A stretch of 64,000 bases of DNA, taken from IMG/VR virus record IMGVR_UViG_3300003886_000001, positions 1 to 64,000 of that record. The stretch is one strand, 5' to 3'. The number at the start of each line of letters is the position of its first letter. The stretch's first letter is position 1. Both the position numbers and the translations under genes were made by a program. The notes under the pieces are model-generated. The model ran no database searches, was not told the origin of the DNA, and saw nothing but the letters and a program-made list of their open reading frames with translations. The stretch is from a virus. Shown here piece by piece: positions 56,116 through 64,000 of the stretch.

Positions 56116-56374
56116 TATGAGAGTCCAACACTTCTTGGATTGCTACCACTGCTGGGGGAACAAAGATTGCCAGAGAGATTCCTCCGAGGAAGAACAGGAC
56201 CCAGAAGTATGAAACCCCGAAAAACAGCGGTAGGTTACCAAACCCAATGATAATTCCGGCTATAATAAGCCCTACAAACGCTATGGCTGATAGCTGTATG
56301 ACATATACAGCCACTACCATTAGTTTATTTAATACGAGCTTGTTTAAGATTTCGGTCACCATTTTTTCCATCAT
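56108..56374 (-). CDS. Membrane protein
   Basis: RBS AAGGAGA; 2-3 TM helices. Confidence 0.65.
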   Translation of the reverse strand: MMEKMVTEILNKLVLNKLMVVAVYVIQLSAIAFVGLIIAGIIIGFGNLPLFFGVSYFWVLFFLGGISLAIFVPPAVVAIQEVLDSHSG

Positions 56375-56392
56375 TTACTTCTCCTTATCTAA

Positions 56393-57154
56393 TCAGTGAG
56401 TAAACACTACTTTGGCGTCTGGTCCACGATGCAACCGCCAAGTTGAGCCATCAAATGAAGGTAAGTACCCTGCAAGCCACAAGGTGCGTAGACTAGCCCA
56501 TGGATTGGGTCGGCTAATCCCTTTCCAAGATGCTATACTTGGGAAGAGACTGCCTATGTAACCTGTTGCGCCTATGGAATCATCTCTTATTGAATCCCCG
56601 ACCGAATTCCGTACCGCACCCACCACTGAGTCACCAATTGGATACCACACCGAGTTCCATACCGAACCCCATACCGAACTCCACATTGAGTTTCGTATTG
56701 TATGTAGCACCGATTCCCACACTGGGACCTCTGATAAATCCCACACGGTTGCCACCCAGTCTGCGAGTAGGGTGTGCAACCTGTCCTTTGGCAACTCTGG
56801 TCCATTTACAAACAGGGGATTGATAGGATGGTTAGCTTCATACAGCCAAAACTTAGCCAACCTGTTCTGCTCCTCAGCGCTGATAATGCTAACCGGTAGA
56901 CACTCACTAACACGTGTTGATGTTTCATCCGCAGTAATGATGTGTTGTGGTTGTACCTCAACTTGTAGGTACTCACTTGAGCTACCCTGATACCGAACAG
57001 CATTCCAGAAGGTATGAGCTACATGTAAACCTGTTCCGCAAGTGCCTTTTTCGGGTGGGTCGGGATTAGCGACATGTAGTGGTTTACCTATCTCCCACTG
57101 TGTTTTCTTATCGTAGTAGCTAGTCATATCAAGTGTCACAGCTTTGTAATACAC
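56393..57154 (-). CDS. Phage protein with SVW-type tetrapeptide repeats
   Basis: CGTGLH; SMWSSVWGSVWNSVW. Confidence 0.7.
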   Translation of the reverse strand: MYYKAVTLDMTSYYDKKTQWEIGKPLHVANPDPPEKGTCGTGLHVAHTFWNAVRYQGSSSEYLQVEVQPQHIITADETSTRVSECLPVSIISAEEQNRLAKFWLYEANHPINPLFVNGPELPKDRLHTLLADWVATVWDLSEVPVWESVLHTIRNSMWSSVWGSVWNSVWYPIGDSVVGAVRNSVGDSIRDDSIGATGYIGSLFPSIASWKGISRPNPWASLRTLWLAGYLPSFDGSTWRLHRGPDAKVVFTH

Positions 57155-57480
57155 GATTTACTTCTCCTTTGTATTTCATTTTTCCATGAAAGGGCGTGAA
57201 CTTCGCCGACTCCCCAAAGAACTACTACGGTATGGTTTTCAATACCATCGGTATACTCCTTCTCTATAATCCTGTCCTCAGTAATACAGGTGGTCTCAGT
57301 TTCACCGTTTCCCCACCAGATATTGATGGGGCCTTTCCCGTATAGGTACAAACTAATACCTGTTAGTTCATTAGCGAATACCGACCATAATGAGTCCTTG
57401 TTATAGTTCTTTTCAAGCCACAATACCAACCCCTCATCCCCAGCTACTTCAAGGTCTTCCAGAGCGTCTTTAATGGTCAT
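57136..57480 (-). CDS. Hypothetical protein (leaderless)
   Basis: CTTAG-N12-TACTAT 5 nt before ATG. Confidence 0.6.
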   Translation of the reverse strand: MTIKDALEDLEVAGDEGLVLWLEKNYNKDSLWSVFANELTGISLYLYGKGPINIWWGNGETETTCITEDRIIEKEYTDGIENHTVVVLWGVGEVHALSWKNEIQRRSKSCITKL

Positions 57481-57503
57481 GACCTATAGTAACAAAGTCA
57501 TAT

Positions 57504-57683
57504 CTAAGAAGTATGATAGAAGAGGACAATTCCCGCTATGGCTATAAGGATGGTAAGGATAGCTGCCTCCCCCAGGATTAAGAAGGAGGAATTAATCGCC
57601 GACAAAACGAGCAACACCACAATAGCGATAAATAAAACAGCTGAAATACCAAGGGCTAGTAGCTTAATTAGGTCGACTAACAT
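57504..57683 (-). CDS. 59-aa membrane protein
   Basis: MLVDLIKLLAL...; RBS GGAGG. Confidence 0.6.
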   Translation of the reverse strand: MLVDLIKLLALGISAVLFIAIVVLLVLSAINSSFLILGEAAILTILIAIAGIVLFYHTS

Positions 57684-57701
57684 ACTGTTCCTCCACTTTC
57701 T

Positions 57702-57724
57702 ATTATATTACCATCATACATGAG
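57702..57724 (-). promoter_or_regulatory. Class II promoter
   Basis: CTCAT-N12-TATAAT. Confidence 0.7.
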
Positions 57725-57744
57725 AAACATGAGTTCTCATACTT

Positions 57745-57767
57745 CTCATTAAAGTATGGGGTATCCT
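57745..57767 (+). promoter_or_regulatory. Class II promoter (divergent from 57702-57724)
   Basis: CTCAT-N12-TATCCT. Confidence 0.7.
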
Positions 57768-57896
57768 TGTTTTGTAAGTAGGGAGGTTAATGTAACGCTT
57801 CCCGGAGGTATGGGAGGCACCCCGTTAGAAGCCTCCTCCCCTGAGGTGTCTCCCTAGGATAGGGCACCTCGGGGATTCCTTTAGGAGGAGAGATTT

Positions 57897-58196
57897 ATGC
57901 CTTGGATAATAAAAGTACCGTTTCTTGTCCCTACGTGGGCTGCTGCCCAGACTTGGGGACCAATTATTTTGGTAAATAATAGGTATGCACTTACCACTAA
58001 AACCTTAGCACATGAATTGAGACACTATGTCCAGAGCATGTGGTTTGGTTTTATCCTGTGGCCCGCAGCTTACCTAGTTGCCTGGGCTATCGGGGGGTTT
58101 TCTTATCGCAATAATTGGTTCGAGAAGGATGCTAGAAACCATTCTGTTGACCCCCGTTATGTTAAGTGGGCTCAAAACACCAAATATCCTGTATGA
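57897..58196 (+). CDS. Small zincin-like HExxH protein
   Basis: AQTWG..I, AHELRH, NWFEKDA. Confidence 0.75.
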   Translation: MPWIIKVPFLVPTWAAAQTWGPIILVNNRYALTTKTLAHELRHYVQSMWFGFILWPAAYLVAWAIGGFSYRNNWFEKDARNHSVDPRYVKWAQNTKYPV

Positions 58197-58618
58197 ACAC
58201 CAAACTTAAATGCCTTTGTAGTGCCTTTGAGTAGGATGTCCACTGCCTTTGTGTAGCGTGGGTTCATGGTGTCCCATACAATACCCTTCATCAGGAGCTT
58301 GCCGTTGTTATCATATACGGCAACTTTTATTCCGCATAGTTTCTTCCCGTTTCTAAAGAACAAGTCCTGGCTTAATGCTACTTGATGGGGAAGATTCGGC
58401 CCGCAACTAGCGATACTGGGGCTGGAGTCAGTCTGGTTTTCCACGGGATTATATGCCGTGATACGCCTAAGCCTGATAATAGGGGGTAATTGTGCGGTAG
58501 GGTGGACGATGAGGCTTTTGGCTAAGGTAACATCAACTCCCATGGGGGGTATTTGTCTAGACCATAGCAGAGTAGTAAGGCCTAGCATGATTACCAGTAG
58601 TGCAGCCATTCTAAGCAT
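58172..58618 (-). CDS. 3D-domain cell-wall enzyme with N-terminal signal/TM
   Basis: ITAYN...TDSSP..ASCG, VALSQDL, VWDTMN, AVDI. Confidence 0.8.
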   Translation of the reverse strand: MLRMAALLVIMLGLTTLLWSRQIPPMGVDVTLAKSLIVHPTAQLPPIIRLRRITAYNPVENQTDSSPSIASCGPNLPHQVALSQDLFFRNGKKLCGIKVAVYDNNGKLLMKGIVWDTMNPRYTKAVDILLKGTTKAFKFGVHTGYLVF

Positions 58619-58877
58619 GCCTAATCATCTCCGGAGAGTAACTGAGCCCGGCTAATTTGACTCCCTCTTGCTCAATCTCTTTTGTGGGGCCATGATGTTC
58701 CTGTAGGAATCCCATAACATTGTTAGGACGACACGCGGCTAGTGCCTCTTCAACCGTTTCGAAGTCCCCTAAGAATGTAGCATGAGTACCAGCTATTACC
58801 CTAACCTTGATGCTGGTACCCATGACTTCTCCTTCAAGACTCAGTTCCTGCAAGAGGAAGGGGGAAACCTCAACCAC
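58611..58877 (-). CDS. Hypothetical protein
   Basis: coupled ORF. Confidence 0.55.
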   Translation of the reverse strand: MVEVSPFLLQELSLEGEVMGTSIKVRVIAGTHATFLGDFETVEEALAACRPNNVMGFLQEHHGPTKEIEQEGVKLAGLSYSPEMIRHA

Positions 58878-59232
58878 TCCACCCTACCTTTACGAGGTTA
58901 GCTACGGGCTGCGGAAGAATTTCTCCGAAGTAGTTCACGTGAGCCTTTTCTCCTTCAACGTCGACCACCTGTACGGGAGTAGCGTACTGGATGGCATGTG
59001 CCCGGTTCTTGTAGACGTCAAGCGGGCGAACTACCGTGTCACCGGCGACAATAGGGCCATCAACTGCGACCAGCACCTTTTCCTTTTCCTTCCGGGGACG
59101 ACCTACCGGACGCTTGGGGGCGTTTCGGCAAGTTGGGCACTTCAGCGGAGGCCGGCCACGACCAAGCTGTACATGCTCAAATTCGGAACCACATTCGGTA
59201 CAAACCTTGGTAACTGCCTTAGTGTTTTCCAT
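58870..59232 (-). CDS. Zn-ribbon + AT-hook + SH3-like DNA-binding protein (leaderless)
   Basis: CTEC...RGRPP..CPTC..KRPVGRPRK. Confidence 0.7.
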   Translation of the reverse strand: MENTKAVTKVCTECGSEFEHVQLGRGRPPLKCPTCRNAPKRPVGRPRKEKEKVLVAVDGPIVAGDTVVRPLDVYKNRAHAIQYATPVQVVDVEGEKAHVNYFGEILPQPVANLVKVGWSG

Positions 59233-59238
59233 GTCTTT

Positions 59239-59261
59239 ATATTACCTCGTCTCTTTATGAG
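59239..59261 (-). promoter_or_regulatory. Class II promoter (leaderless)
   Basis: CTCAT-N12-TAATAT, ATG 6 nt downstream. Confidence 0.75.
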
Positions 59262-59448
59262 AAGGATGACCAAATATGGTCAAAACCTTGTCAAACTGGC
59301 AATGCTCCTCCATTTCCTTTACCTCTAGTCTAGTAGGGCTTTCATAGATGGCTAATTGCTTGCCCGGCCGGGAAGGGACCAGGTAAATCACAAAGTCCCA
59401 TTCTGGGTCAGATACTTTAGTAACAAGTTGTGGTTGTCCGTATGTCAT
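59242..59448 (-). CDS. Hypothetical protein
   Basis: coupled to helicase stop. Confidence 0.55.
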   Translation of the reverse strand: MTYGQPQLVTKVSDPEWDFVIYLVPSRPGKQLAIYESPTRLEVKEMEEHCQFDKVLTIFGHPSHKETR

Positions 59449-61352
59449 TCTTCCAACTGCCTTCGGTATTTGTGGACAAGGTGCTGTCCTATGATTGCCT
59501 GCTTAGAAGTCAAAAACGGGGCTTCGGCCAAAGAATGTCCAATGTTAGAGTCTACCATACTAAATCCCATCCCATTCCTTTCGGTAGCCCTGTCAGAATC
59601 TAACAGCGCTAGCTGCTGTAGCTTAGCGTGAATGATGCTAATTTCGTCCTCCTCCATGTACTCTGCGGTTTCTTCTATCTCTCGATAGGTGGGGTAATCG
59701 TCGTCATTAAGCTGATATTCGGCATCAAGCGCCTTATCAATAACCCTTTGTTTCCCGATAACGGTCTGGGCCATAAGGGCATCGAGACTGCCTTCCAATA
59801 CCAAGTGCTGTACCAAGACGGCATCATCTTGTCCAATACGGTGGCACCTGTCTTCTGCCTGGCTAATGTTTCCAGGCACCCAGTCTAACTCTGCAAACAC
59901 TACGTGGGAGGCTGCCGTTAGCGTAATTCCTACCCCGGCCGCCTGTATGTTCCCGAGGAAGTATTGCACGCTAGGGTCATTCTGGAACCTGCTTACGGCA
60001 ATTTCCCGGTCTTCCATCTTAGTGTCTCCGGTCAAGACAACGGCTGCCTCTCCCAGGTCTTCTTTAAGGGCGTAGATGACATCTTTATGGTGGGCGAACA
60101 CAACCACCTTATGGTCGATATTGTGGAGATGTTCCAACACGTACGGTATTTTAGCTACCGCCGTATCATGACGAAGCGCGGATAACTCACTAAAGTATAC
60201 CGCAAAGTCGTGCCGGAGTTCAGAAACCGCATGGGCATATTCCTCAGGACTGCCCGCTTTAGCCAACTCCACGTTAGCCTTCAAGGTCTCTTGCTTTTCC
60301 CACGCCTCTGCTTCTGCCTTTACCAGATAGCGTGCATCACCTTCGGGTGGAATTTCAATAATCTGTCGCCGCTTTGCTGGCAATTCTGTTAGTACGTCTT
60401 CCTTTAAACGCCTAATCATTAAACTACTCCGCAGCCGGTCCTGCAATTCTTCAAGGTTGCTTGACCCATTAAAGTCCCAACCGTAACCATTATTTGTAGC
60501 GCCGCAGTAGCGCTGGGCGTAGGTCCAGTAGGAAGGCCATTCCTTGGAGTCCAGGGAATGGAGTACCGGATATAGTTCAATAGGGCGATTAGTAATTGGC
60601 GTCCCTGTCAGGTAAATGCGTTTGTTGGCTTGAATGCCATTAATGGCAGCTTTACCTGTCTTTGTTTTTTTGGCCCCAAAGATGTACTTTGTCCGTTGGG
60701 CAGTCTGGTGCTTGAGGTAATGCACCTCATCAATAATGAGGATATCCCACACCTGACTAGTTAGGACCTCGTGGTGTTTTCTAACCACGTCGTAGTTAAT
60801 AATGACTATGTCCACATTCTCGGGATACTTACTGCGGTTGACAACACCGATTGTGTAAGGGAGAACGAGCCACTTTTCTAGTTCTTTACGCCAATTGAGA
60901 CGCAAAGAGGCTGGACAGATAATCAGAACTTTCTGCTTTTCAGAGGAATTAATAACCCCTATAGTTTCAATGGTTTTGCCCAGCCCCATTTCATCGCCCA
61001 ACAAGGTACCGGTCTTATTTAATGCAAATGCAATCCCGGCCTTTTGGTAAGGTAGGTATTCCAGGCCTTTCGGAGAGTCTACCGAAAGGTTAGCATCAGT
61101 AGCGCGAGAAAGCTCTCGATTAGCCTCTCGTTGCTCTAAAACTTCCGTCGGAACCTTCCCCCAGTGGCAGATGGTCCATTCCCCGTCATTCTCGCGAACA
61201 ACAGAATAGCCATCCTTTTTCAGATTAGCCTTGTCTTTCTTCCACAAGGCCCAGAACTCTTGCGTTGTATGGGCTTTGCGAAGAATACGTTCCCCATATT
61301 TAGTGCGGACAGTTCTGGGCTCGGTCCAGTTAAGTTGGTCTAGAACTTCCAT
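59445..61352 (-). CDS. SNF2-family (SMARCAL1/HARP-like) helicase
   Basis: GDEMGLGKT, DEVH, LTGTP, AAGVGITL, QAEDRCHRIGQ. Confidence 0.93.
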   Translation of the reverse strand: MEVLDQLNWTEPRTVRTKYGERILRKAHTTQEFWALWKKDKANLKKDGYSVVRENDGEWTICHWGKVPTEVLEQREANRELSRATDANLSVDSPKGLEYLPYQKAGIAFALNKTGTLLGDEMGLGKTIETIGVINSSEKQKVLIICPASLRLNWRKELEKWLVLPYTIGVVNRSKYPENVDIVIINYDVVRKHHEVLTSQVWDILIIDEVHYLKHQTAQRTKYIFGAKKTKTGKAAINGIQANKRIYLTGTPITNRPIELYPVLHSLDSKEWPSYWTYAQRYCGATNNGYGWDFNGSSNLEELQDRLRSSLMIRRLKEDVLTELPAKRRQIIEIPPEGDARYLVKAEAEAWEKQETLKANVELAKAGSPEEYAHAVSELRHDFAVYFSELSALRHDTAVAKIPYVLEHLHNIDHKVVVFAHHKDVIYALKEDLGEAAVVLTGDTKMEDREIAVSRFQNDPSVQYFLGNIQAAGVGITLTAASHVVFAELDWVPGNISQAEDRCHRIGQDDAVLVQHLVLEGSLDALMAQTVIGKQRVIDKALDAEYQLNDDDYPTYREIEETAEYMEEDEISIIHAKLQQLALLDSDRATERNGMGFSMVDSNIGHSLAEAPFLTSKQAIIGQHLVHKYRRQLEE

Positions 61353-61358
61353 ATCTAA

Positions 61359-61379
61359 ATCCTAGCATAACTACATGAG
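61359..61379 (-). promoter_or_regulatory. Class II promoter (leaderless)
   Basis: CTCAT-N10-TAGGAT with TGn, ATG 6 nt downstream. Confidence 0.65.
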
Positions 61380-61392
61380 AGCCTCCTGAGGA

Positions 61393-61662
61393 TTAATCTT
61401 TAACCTTCTCTAGGGTAACCATATTAAAACTTACTGCAAATCTTTCTAGGTATACCTCGGTCCTCAGAGGGTACACTTCTACCCTTCGTACCAGGTACCG
61501 TTTCTCCTTAACCAGTAACGTCCTTACCTGGTTGCGGTCAGAATCCGAGCCAGCTTCAAAAAATGGAATAACAATGTCCCCAGGTTGTAAAGGATAGGTA
61601 GGGTCATCAAAGACGACCTTACCATTTGGTAAAACATCAGGCTTAGTAAAGTTTTGTGTCAT
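61393..61662 (-). CDS. Hypothetical SH3-like protein
   Basis: coupled ORF. Confidence 0.55.
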   Translation of the reverse strand: MTQNFTKPDVLPNGKVVFDDPTYPLQPGDIVIPFFEAGSDSDRNQVRTLLVKEKRYLVRRVEVYPLRTEVYLERFAVSFNMVTLEKVKD

Positions 61663-62132
61663 CTTTCCCCCCGTATATAGCGGACTTCAAAGGGATATTC
61701 CAGATAGTTAGCCAAAGACATTTCATGCTCGGGCTGAGAGTCCTCAAGATGTAGTTGTACAACTTCCTCCATTTCCGTATATAGCTCCTCTAAGGTTGCA
61801 GCGGTGACAGCTGCCTGCCAACGCAACGCTCCTGCCGACCAATTATGCTCTAGTTGTACTGTTGCAAAAGGATAGTAACCTAGGCACAGGTCGTGGATAT
61901 TATTGTATGCTAGTGCCGCGCCTGTATCTTCGACGTCGTCGTGATGGAAGTGGTTAATAAGTATTTGAGCTGGGCGTTGTATCTCGTTGAGGATTGTCTC
62001 CATAGACACGCCCTCTGCAATATCCCACCACAAAACAAGTCTAGCATGGGGAGAGTCTTCGTCTCCGCTAACTAGATAACTATCTTTTACGTGGAGGCCG
62101 ATTCTCTTAGGACCGCCCATTATCAATTCCAT
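61659..62132 (-). CDS. Paralog family A protein
   Basis: LWWDI...ETILNEIQRPAQILINH. Confidence 0.65.
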   Translation of the reverse strand: MELIMGGPKRIGLHVKDSYLVSGDEDSPHARLVLWWDIAEGVSMETILNEIQRPAQILINHFHHDDVEDTGAALAYNNIHDLCLGYYPFATVQLEHNWSAGALRWQAAVTAATLEELYTEMEEVVQLHLEDSQPEHEMSLANYLEYPFEVRYIRGER

Positions 62133-62134
62133 TT

Positions 62135-62467
62135 TTAAGTCCTTTCTACATAATTTGAGATACGCTTTTCAGCGCCGGCGGCATTACCAACTAATGCTCT
62201 AATAAACCCCCATCTACTTCCACGTGGATAAGGTGGTGCCATAATGTACTCATTAAGAATTATTTGAGCATCCACTACCAGCTTTGGGAGTAGTGACTCA
62301 GCGTATTCCGGGGTACGTGAGGGAATAAACCACCACCTAAACACAGCACCATAAAATACTTCTACATCAGATACTTTAGAGTTAATAGCTAATACTCCAG
62401 TATCAAGATGCAAGGCAATATAGGATGCCTTAAGTATAGGGTGATATTCTACTTTAACAGTCTTCAT
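62135..62467 (-). CDS. Paralog family A protein
   Basis: LHLDTGVL...RWWF...AESLLPKLVVDAQIILNE. Confidence 0.65.
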   Translation of the reverse strand: MKTVKVEYHPILKASYIALHLDTGVLAINSKVSDVEVFYGAVFRWWFIPSRTPEYAESLLPKLVVDAQIILNEYIMAPPYPRGSRWGFIRALVGNAAGAEKRISNYVERT

Positions 62468-63023
62468 GGTCTGGTTTTTCTCGGGCTAGATTCCGGCAAT
62501 CAAATAAATATTCCTTTAGGTCTAAAAGGACCGTTATTAAATCATCCTCTTCATAGGATGCATTCAATATAGGAGCCCTAGGGTTATCCTCTAAATAATG
62601 ACTCATGTCTTCCAATTGTCCGTCTGTTGTATAACTATACACAGAGTCAATAATTCTCCCATCATCCCAATCGGCGGCCTCTACATAACGTACTGGTTTA
62701 TGTTCCTCTGTACGCGTCTTGCAGGCTGTAGCTATTCTTGCGTGGGCTTCTAATGCAGAACCACCCGAATCCAAGGCAATCTGAGCATCTCCCGCAATAT
62801 TTCCCAGCAAACTATCAGCGGCAATCGGGGTTAATACCCCTATAGGCCAGACTAGTGACTTCGTTCGTAGTCCCTCCGACCTCTGTATTGATAAGCTACC
62901 GGCACCCCAATCTAACACTACCTCGCAAGGATGGGGCTTATTAGTAGGAAAGTCATACCATAATGAGTTCTTGAGTCGTGCGGAATCAAGAGCAGTGGGG
63001 ATGATGTTAATAATTCTCCTCAT
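62454..63023 (-). CDS. Paralog family A protein (full length)
   Basis: WPIGVLTPIAADSLL...AQIALD; YVEAADW. Confidence 0.7.
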   Translation of the reverse strand: MRRIINIIPTALDSARLKNSLWYDFPTNKPHPCEVVLDWGAGSLSIQRSEGLRTKSLVWPIGVLTPIAADSLLGNIAGDAQIALDSGGSALEAHARIATACKTRTEEHKPVRYVEAADWDDGRIIDSVYSYTTDGQLEDMSHYLEDNPRAPILNASYEEDDLITVLLDLKEYLFDCRNLAREKPDHEDC

Positions 63024-63412
63024 GCTCGTACAGCCCCGCATGCTTCCGCAATACGATTATAGGATGTTCTAGCGGATTCTGATACAACACTTCCCGCTAA
63101 GTCGTCCCAGATACTATCGGTTGGCGTTGCCGTTACCTCGCTGCCGTCAAGGACCCGTTGAGCAAACGGTTTAACGGTGTTCATAAGTGCATCCGCCGCA
63201 GGTCCTGATAGCGGGGCGATAGGCCATTCCAACGTAATTCCTACTAACACCCCTTCCGGGATTCTTCCGACGTCCCGGGTAAGGACATATAGACGCCCCG
63301 TTTCAAGGTCAAGACGCAAGAAACACGCCTCGGCCTCGCTATTCTGTTGAAGGGCTAAGTCTAGTTGCAGGATAGTATTAACCCTAACGTCCTTGACGGT
63401 TACAAGACGCAC
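63020..63412 (-). CDS. Paralog family A protein
   Basis: LRLDLETGRL...WPIAPL...ADALMNTVKPFAQRVLDG; GTG start after GGGAG. Confidence 0.7.
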   Translation of the reverse strand: MRLVTVKDVRVNTILQLDLALQQNSEAEACFLRLDLETGRLYVLTRDVGRIPEGVLVGITLEWPIAPLSGPAADALMNTVKPFAQRVLDGSEVTATPTDSIWDDLAGSVVSESARTSYNRIAEACGAVRA

Positions 63413-63413
63413 C

Positions 63414-63611
63414 TCAGTCTCCCCACCCCTCTGCTCGGTCCGCGCATTCATCACACTGGTAGTGGGCGCGGACATCGAGTTGTGTCAGCCGATTAGGTTC
63501 CCCGCAGGTGGGGCAAGGGAGGTTACGTGGGTTACGCCGAGTAGAGCGACGCAAGGCGCTACCACTATTCTCGAATCCAACACCATCAATCGGTTCATCG
63601 TAGTAATCCAT
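63414..63611 (-). CDS. Small Zn-finger protein (leaderless)
   Basis: CPTC...CDEC. Confidence 0.7.
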   Translation of the reverse strand: MDYYDEPIDGVGFENSGSALRRSTRRNPRNLPCPTCGEPNRLTQLDVRAHYQCDECADRAEGWGD

Positions 63612-63616
63612 GTCTT

Positions 63617-63645
63617 ACTATAGCACCTGGTCATCTAGGTGTCAA
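63617..63645 (-). promoter_or_regulatory. Sigma70-type promoter (leaderless)
   Basis: TTGACA-17-TGC-TATAGT, ATG 5 nt downstream. Confidence 0.85.
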
Positions 63646-63967
63646 CAGTTTGTTGACACAGTTTTGTGATTTGACGCTTCGCAGTGATAAACGGAGGGCC
63701 AAAACGCAGCACGTCTCCCGAGGCTGTATCAACAAACTGGCAGTTGTCAATCATTTGTTGAGCAAACGGGGTAATACTCTCTAGCAGGTCGTTGACATCT
63801 TCTGGTGCAACAATAACACGCCAATGTCTGACGGGGTTAGTGCGTGCGGCAGAATCTGTTTTTGGGGCGTCGTACCCCACTAGTGTAAGCTCTTCGCTAG
63901 CAATGTTGAAACGTACGTAAACAAACTTCCTGTCAGTAGCATTAACAATCTTTAAAGTTGTGGACAT
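63635..63967 (-). CDS. Paralog family A protein
   Basis: RHWRV...VNDLLESITPFAQQMIDN. Confidence 0.7.
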   Translation of the reverse strand: MSTTLKIVNATDRKFVYVRFNIASEELTLVGYDAPKTDSAARTNPVRHWRVIVAPEDVNDLLESITPFAQQMIDNCQFVDTASGDVLRFGPPFITAKRQITKLCQQTVDT

Positions 63968-64000
63968 TTATCTCCCCTTCTGCTAAGACTCCGATTATAT

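Noticed and set aside
120-61352. Inteins or group I introns in recA, nrdJ, terL or the helicase
   Set aside because: Protein lengths are normal, motifs are contiguous and there are no C/S...HN junctions.
3648-63623. Many 60-170 aa antisense or alternate-frame ORFs (e.g. 3648-3836, 5936-6232, 28152-28526, 56574-56990, 58807-59328, 63393-63623)
   Set aside because: They overlap well-supported genes and show no motifs or RBS.
1-64000. CRISPR array or DGR
   Set aside because: No regularly spaced repeats, no reverse transcriptase and no TR/VR pair seen by eye.

Overview
A 64-kb segment of a large dsDNA phage genome (standard genetic code, no CRISPR array seen). It encodes replication and nucleotide-metabolism genes (recA, class II RNR nrdJ, clamp loader, GMP-reductase/IMPDH family, RNase HI, SNF2 helicase), terminase, PhoH and rIIA/rIIB. 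It also carries a nucleic-acid repair block (NADAR, phosphoesterase, two ATP-dependent RNA ligases, RtcB, DNA ligase), two DNA methyltransferases (one missing its catalytic motif), a compact tmRNA and 31 canonical tRNAs covering all 20 amino acids, plus 4 aberrant tRNA-like genes. Top leads, all from reading by eye: (1) a second promoter class, CTCAT-N10-12-TAnnnT, present at least 16 times alongside ordinary TTGACA-17-TAnnnT promoters, several giving leaderless mRNAs; (2) an 11-gene paralog family of unknown function at three loci; (3) recurrent pseudoknots and multi-pseudoknot RNAs in tRNA spacers; (4) tRNA-like RNAs with rearranged arms. No searches or folding programs were run, so family names come from motif recognition and recall.
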